Positions 5,416 through 10,056 of a stretch of DNA of 10,056 bases are shown here, in pieces. The notes below the pieces were generated by a model. That model was not told the origin of the DNA, did not search any database, and saw only the letters and a program-made list of their open reading frames with translations. The position numbers were made by a program, and so were the translations under genes. Source of the stretch: Armatimonadota bacterium (lineage in GTDB: Bacteria > Armatimonadota > UBA5829 > DTLH01); NCBI GenBank assembly GCA_038207085.1, contig JBBRAE010000058.1:1-10056 (forward strand). Direction: 5' to 3'. The first letter of the stretch is position 1. The number at the start of each line of letters is the position of its first letter.

Positions 5416-6461
5416 GCGGCCATGTCCTTTGAAGTGAACTGAGACATGACTGCCGCCGGGATCGACTGCAACGACACCGACTCGTCGACAGCACCTAGCT
5501 TCACTGCTTCCTTGGGCATCCCGTAGACTACGCAGGACTGCTCGTCCTGGGCGATGGTGTGAGCGCCGCTTTCTCTCATCGCCAAGAGGCCCTTTGCCCC
5601 GTCAGCGCCCATCCCGGTCAACAGCACACCGACCGCGTTTGCTCCGGCTGAGCGGGCGACGGACTGGAACAGCACGTCGACACTCGGACGCTGGAAATGC
5701 ACCGGCGGGCCGTCCTTCAGGTGAACCACGTAACGCGCGCCACTCAGGGCGAGCACCATGTGCTGGTTCCCCGGTGCAAGAAGCGCGACCCCCGGGACCA
5801 CATCGTCGTTATCGTGGGCCTCGCGGACTTCCATCTGACACGACTTGTTCAGCCGATCGGCGAAGCTCTGGGTGAAGTGCTCCGGCATGTGCTGGACAAT
5901 CACCGTGCCGGGCGACGTGGCGGGAAAACATCTCAGGACCGATTCGATGGCGGTCGTCCCTCCGGTGGATGCGCCGATTGCGATCACGCGGTGGGTCGTG
6001 TTCAATCGCATCCTGGTCGCAGGCTCCGGGTTGGACTGCACCAATGCGGATGCACCAGTGCATACACTGAGCTTTGCCGAGGCAGCGGCTCGTATCGCCC
6101 TGACAAGGCGACGATGAACGTCCGGCGCGGTGTACGCCGAACCAGGCTTGCTGATGACCTCAACCGCCCCAAGCTCAAGCGCCCTTAAGGCAGCCTTGCT
6201 GTTCTCAGGAGTAAGCGAACTTACCATGACCACAGGGATCGGGTTGTGCTTCATCAGCTTGGCAAGAAATGACAGACCGTCCATCCGCGGCATCTCCACG
6301 TCTAGCGTGATGACGTCGGGCTGCAACCGCGCGATCTTGTCTCGCGCGACGTATGGGTCAACGGCGCTTCCAACAACTTCTATATCGTCGTATTTGGACA
6401 ACTCATCGGTTAGATATTTTCTGACGATGGCAGAGTCGTCTACGATTAGTACGCGTATCAA
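5412..6461 (-). CDS. cheB: Chemotaxis response regulator protein-glutamate methylesterase CheB
   Basis: Receiver domain (VLIVDDS, DVITLDVEMPRMDG, ISKP) plus methylesterase motifs GASTGG, VQHMP, RPSVD and LTGMGADG. Start is probably TTG 6461, 8 nt after AGGAGGAG (ORF track gives 6500). Confidence 0.97.
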   Translation of the reverse strand: MIRVLIVDDSAIVRKYLTDELSKYDDIEVVGSAVDPYVARDKIARLQPDVITLDVEMPRMDGLSFLAKLMKHNPIPVVMVSSLTPENSKAALRALELGAVEVISKPGSAYTAPDVHRRLVRAIRAAASAKLSVCTGASALVQSNPEPATRMRLNTTHRVIAIGASTGGTTAIESVLRCFPATSPGTVIVQHMPEHFTQSFADRLNKSCQMEVREAHDNDDVVPGVALLAPGNQHMVLALSGARYVVHLKDGPPVHFQRPSVDVLFQSVARSAGANAVGVLLTGMGADGAKGLLAMRESGAHTIAQDEQSCVVYGMPKEAVKLGAVDESVSLQSIPAAVMSQFTSKDMAA

Positions 6462-6533
6462 ATGGCCCACTCCTCCTGTGTAAATGGCATCTCTCACCAT
6501 TTACGGCCCCGTCTATGGCGAAGATATTGCGGG

Positions 6534-6980
6534 TTAGTTTATGTACAGCATCAAGTCAGCCCGGCCATCGGCAAGCGGCAGAGTGACGTGCGCCGCAGGG
6601 CTGCCCGAGGCGTCGGCCCATACCGATGCGCCGTTCGATGCTTTTGGAGCATCTATATTGAATATGTCGGTCTTGTTGGTGATCTTCGGCAGGACGTTTC
6701 CGCAGATGATGTTTGCCATCTCGCCAAGAGCATCGAGCTGCTCTTCGTCCGTTGGTATCTCGCTCTGGCCAAGCATGTTCGCCGCGATCTCGGTCAGGAC
6801 ACATCCGTACACGGAAATGACCATCCGCCCGCTGATAGGCCCTTTGAACTCGACAAATGCCGATGCCTCGGGCTCAACTTCAAGGGTCGCATCAAGCATC
6901 TCCGGCGTCAGGAACGTGAACGCGAGGTCCTCAAAAGTCAGGGCCGCTGTCTGATATAGTTCCATCTCCACTGTGCTCAT
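6534..6980 (-). CDS. cheX: CheX/CheC-family CheY-P phosphatase
   Basis: 148 aa with FVEFKGPISG and a single ExxN motif (DALGEMANIICGN), lying directly after cheY. Confidence 0.8.
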   Translation of the reverse strand: MSTVEMELYQTAALTFEDLAFTFLTPEMLDATLEVEPEASAFVEFKGPISGRMVISVYGCVLTEIAANMLGQSEIPTDEEQLDALGEMANIICGNVLPKITNKTDIFNIDAPKASNGASVWADASGSPAAHVTLPLADGRADLMLYIN

Positions 6981-7359
6981 TTTCCGTAACTCCAGTCATT
7001 TTTGTGATGGTCTCCCGCAGTATCTCGGGGGTAAAGGGTTTGTGAACAAACCCAGTGCCTTGCCGCCGCAGCGAGTCTATGCGGGTTTCGCTGCTTTCTG
7101 TCGAGACGACGATGATCGGCAAGTCGGTCGTCTCAGGCATTGCCCTCACCTTCTTGATCATCTCCTCACCGTTCATAACAGGCATGTTGATGTCGACCAG
7201 GGCCAGGTCTATCCAGTTGCGGTCGAGCACATCAAGCCCTTCCACTCCATTAGATGCCTGGTGTACCTCAGAAAGCGGCAGGCCGCAAAGCGTCAGTGTC
7301 TTTATGATCATCGATCGCATCACTGAGCTGTCGTCTACCACCAAAACATTCAATGCCAT
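6931..7359 (-). CDS. cheY: Single-domain response regulator CheY
   Basis: Contains VLVVDDS, the phosphoacceptor LALVDINMPVMNG, VVST and KPF. GAGGAGG precedes ATGATG, so the start is 7359 or 7362. Confidence 0.9.
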   Translation of the reverse strand: MALNVLVVDDSSVMRSMIIKTLTLCGLPLSEVHQASNGVEGLDVLDRNWIDLALVDINMPVMNGEEMIKKVRAMPETTDLPIIVVSTESSETRIDSLRRQGTGFVHKPFTPEILRETITKMTGVTENEHSGDGTISDSGPDF

Positions 7360-7395
7360 CATAGCCTCCTCGGACTACCTCTGCCCTCTTACTTG

Positions 7396-7878
7396 CTACA
7401 GGCGTTTGTCTACGCCTTTTGTGCTGATCACTACCTCGCCGGTCCCGACATCCACAGCGAGGCCTCGCGGCTCACTGCCGCCAACGTCGTGGCTCTTGAG
7501 CAAAACACCGTTTTTCCAGAGTATACTGCGAAGCGCAACGAAGTTTCTCTTGCCGATCTGAAAATAGTCGTCTCCCTCACCGCAGTGAACTGCCGCGCCG
7601 CCCGCGACTTTGACCACGATACGCCCCTTGACCGCTCCGGCGGCATACGCTTCTCGAAAGAGCTTCGGAACCCCGCTATCTACAAACATGCAGGGATTGG
7701 CTTTTGCCTTCTCAGCATCGATTGACGACTGCGGAAGCATAACGTGAAGCATCCCGGCTACGCAGGCCACTGGGTCATGAATCACGATTCCAAGGCAGCT
7801 GCCAAGCGCATGCGTGATGATAGTATCATCAGGGGCGCTGCACACCTTCATGTCGGCCACTCCCACAATATGCTTCAT
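7396..7878 (-). CDS. cheD: Chemoreceptor glutamine deamidase CheD
   Basis: Contains THALGSCLG (catalytic Cys), GMLHVMLP, KVAGGA, IGKRN and DVGG. Overlaps cheR by ATGA. Confidence 0.95.
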   Translation of the reverse strand: MKHIVGVADMKVCSAPDDTIITHALGSCLGIVIHDPVACVAGMLHVMLPQSSIDAEKAKANPCMFVDSGVPKLFREAYAAGAVKGRIVVKVAGGAAVHCGEGDDYFQIGKRNFVALRSILWKNGVLLKSHDVGGSEPRGLAVDVGTGEVVISTKGVDKRL

Positions 7879-8711
7879 TCGCCCTGCCTCACATATACGG
7901 CTGGCCGCACGTATTTGAACTGGTGAGCGGTTGCGGTAAGGCTCTCGGAATGCCCGACGAACAGATGGCCTCCGGGCTCAAGCAGATCGTAGTATCTGTT
8001 GACGAGCGTCTGCTGGGTCGGTTTGTCGAAATAGATCATGACGTTTCGACAGAATATTGCGTTGAACGGCCCCTTCATGGGCCACGATTCCATCAGGTTG
8101 AGACGTGCGAACCGGATCATCTGCTTGATGTTCGTCCGAGCCATCGCCAGCTCTGCCGAGTCCGACCGGGCAACCTCGAAGTATTTGGCCGCGAGGTGCT
8201 TTGGCACGTCGGCGAGATTATCCTGGGTGTAGACTCCATTCTTCGCCTTCTCAAGCACCTGCGAAGATATATCAGTCGCAAGAATACGAACGTCCCTGCG
8301 GTCGATATCGGGAATCTCCTCACGCAGCACCATCGCAAGAGTGTAAGGCTCCTCACCGGACGAACAACCCGCACACCAGAAACGCAGGCTGCCGCCACGT
8401 CCCACCAGACCAGGAAGAACGCTCTCCCTCAAGTAGTCGAAATGCTGCGATTCCCGAAAAAAGCTCGTCTTGTTGGTCGTTAACGAGTCCACCATCACAA
8501 GCATCTCAGAGCCGCCGCGTTCAGACTCGACATACCTGATATACTCATCAAAACTGACAATACCAAGCGTGCGCAGACGTTTGGCAAGGCGAGCCTTTAC
8601 AAGCTCTTCCTTGCCAAAATGCAGATTGACGCCGCTTGTGGTGTACATCAATCTGCTTATATGGTCAAACTGCTTCTTGCTCAGTTCGAGCGTCAGTAAT
8701 TCTCCGCTCAT
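7875..8711 (-). CDS. cheR: Chemotaxis protein-glutamate O-methyltransferase CheR
   Basis: Contains LTTNKTSFFRE, WCAGCSSGEEPY, ATDIS, IFCRNVMIYF and GHSESL. SD GAGGGG lies upstream. Confidence 0.97.
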   Translation of the reverse strand: MSGELLTLELSKKQFDHISRLMYTTSGVNLHFGKEELVKARLAKRLRTLGIVSFDEYIRYVESERGGSEMLVMVDSLTTNKTSFFRESQHFDYLRESVLPGLVGRGGSLRFWCAGCSSGEEPYTLAMVLREEIPDIDRRDVRILATDISSQVLEKAKNGVYTQDNLADVPKHLAAKYFEVARSDSAELAMARTNIKQMIRFARLNLMESWPMKGPFNAIFCRNVMIYFDKPTQQTLVNRYYDLLEPGGHLFVGHSESLTATAHQFKYVRPAVYVRQGE

Positions 8712-8753
8712 AGCATCTAACCCCTCTCGCGCACTGCGCGAAGGCCTGTTGTC

Positions 8754-8787
8754 GGGCCGCTTCGAAAGGGAGTCTCCGAAGCGGCCC
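8754..8787. other. Intercistronic GC-rich hairpin between mcp and cheR
   Basis: GGGCCGCTTCG-N12-CGAAGCGGCCC, an 11-bp perfect stem with no U-tract on the coding (-) strand. Confidence 0.65.
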
Positions 8788-8801
8788 TGGTTATGGTAGA
8801 C

Positions 8802-10055
8802 TTAGAACTCCTGCAGAGTTCCTGCCTCGTCATCGTCGAACGGTATCAGGCGTTTTGCATCGCTTTTGGATGACCCGTTGCCGTTCTTCTTACCTACTCC
8901 AACAGCTGCCCTTTCGGCCCTCACGCGCTTTGCAGGCGTGGGGATTCTGGGCTGAGCGAACGGCGCAGCCGAATAGGCTCCTGTCCCGGCGCCGCTCAGC
9001 TGGAAGGTCCCGACCATAGACCTCATCTCTTCAGCCTGGCTCGAAAGCTCCTGCGCGGCGCTTGCCGACTGCTCAGAGTTCGCGGCGTTGGACTGAGTGA
9101 CCTGGTCCATCTGGCCAACGGCGGTGTTGATCTGCTCGATGCCCTGCGTCTGTTGATCGGACGCAGCCGCGATCTCCGCCATCACTTCACTTACCTTGTT
9201 GACCTGCTCGTTGATATCATCGAGGTTTCTAAGGACCTCGCTGTTGATCGCAACGCCGTCTTCGGCATTGACCACCGAGCCCTCGATCAGGTTCGCGGTG
9301 TTCTTGGCGGCTTCGGCGCTTCTCATCGCGAGGTTTCGGACCTCTTCCGCGACGACTGCGAAGCCCTTGCCCGCATCCCCTGCCCTGGCGGCTTCAACTG
9401 CTGCGTTAAGGGCAAGAAGGTTGGTCTGGAAGGCGATCTCATCGATCGTCTTGATGATCTTGGCGGTCTCATCGCTTGATGCCTTGATCTTGTCGATCGC
9501 AGACGACAGCCTTCTCATGCTCTCGACGCCGCGATCCGCCGACTGCCTTGCGCCCTCGGTCATACTTCGGGCTTCCTTGGCGTTACCGGCGTTCTGTTTG
9601 GTCATAGAGGCCATCTCCTGCAGACTGCTGGAGACCTCTTCAAGTGAGCTTGCCTGCTCGGAAGCTCCCTGAGCAAGCGCCTGACTGCCGGAGCTGATCT
9701 GGTTCGCCGCTGAAGCTACCTGCTCTGCGCCGACCGAGACCTGCTGCAGACTGTCATCGAGGTTATCGACCGCCTTGTTCAGGACTTCCTTGAGTCTCGC
9801 GTGATCTCCACGGTATTCGCCGGTCATGCGCGCTGTCATGTCCTTTGCAGCTATACTTTCGAGAACATCGGCGGCGATGTTGATAGGCCCGATGACCGCG
9901 TCCAGGGTATTGTTGACTCCCTGAACGATCTTGCGGAAGTCACCTTCGTGCTGGGAAGCGTCCGCACGAGTCGAAAGCTGGCCAGCAACGGCTGCCTCGG
10001 CCAACATGCCGGCGTCTGATATGACCCTGCGAACAGCGTCAACGCTTTCGTTGAC
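8802..10055 (-). CDS. Methyl-accepting chemotaxis protein, 5'-partial (HAMP-like repeats, signalling domain, C-terminal pentapeptide-like tail)
   Basis: Hairpin tip [41 protein letters not shown]-like [19 protein letters not shown] and [13 protein letters not shown]; tail [14 protein letters not shown]. The frame stays open beyond ATG 10007 to the window edge ([17 protein letters not shown]). Confidence 0.96.
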   Translation of the reverse strand, partial: VNESVDAVRRVISDAGMLAEAAVAGQLSTRADASQHEGDFRKIVQGVNNTLDAVIGPINIAADVLESIAAKDMTARMTGEYRGDHARLKEVLNKAVDNLDDSLQQVSVGAEQVASAANQISSGSQALAQGASEQASSLEEVSSSLQEMASMTKQNAGNAKEARSMTEGARQSADRGVESMRRLSSAIDKIKASSDETAKIIKTIDEIAFQTNLLALNAAVEAARAGDAGKGFAVVAEEVRNLAMRSAEAAKNTANLIEGSVVNAEDGVAINSEVLRNLDDINEQVNKVSEVMAEIAAASDQQTQGIEQINTAVGQMDQVTQSNAANSEQSASAAQELSSQAEEMRSMVGTFQLSGAGTGAYSAAPFAQPRIPTPAKRVRAERAAVGVGKKNGNGSSKSDAKRLIPFDDDEAGTLQEF

Positions 10056-10056
10056 C

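Overview
A GC-rich bacterial chromosomal window with four functional blocks. (1) A small membrane/zinc-ribbon gene (-) and pilT (+) are divergently transcribed from back-to-back sigma70-type promoters. (2) A hypothetical ORF (-) is convergent with pilT and has no convincing start codon. (3) A respiratory ammonia-forming nitrite reductase operon (-) has the order nrfA-nrfH. (4) A STAS gene is preceded by the 3' part of a chemotaxis operon (-): mcp (partial)-cheR-cheD-cheY-cheX-cheB. The most notable unexplained structure is a 73-bp non-coding element present three times in the same orientation (2538-2610, 4662-4734, 5339-5411). It consists of two perfect hairpins inside terminal inverted repeats. 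Each copy is flanked by its own 4-bp YTAG direct repeat (CTAG, CTAG, TTAG), the signature of a small, recently mobile MITE. One copy splits a pre-existing hairpin, one sits on the cheB stop codon, and one caps an open reading frame. A second, unrelated REP-like double-hairpin element (about 2615-2727), also bounded by CTAG, abuts copy 1. All calls come from reading the sequence and recalled family motifs; no searches were run.
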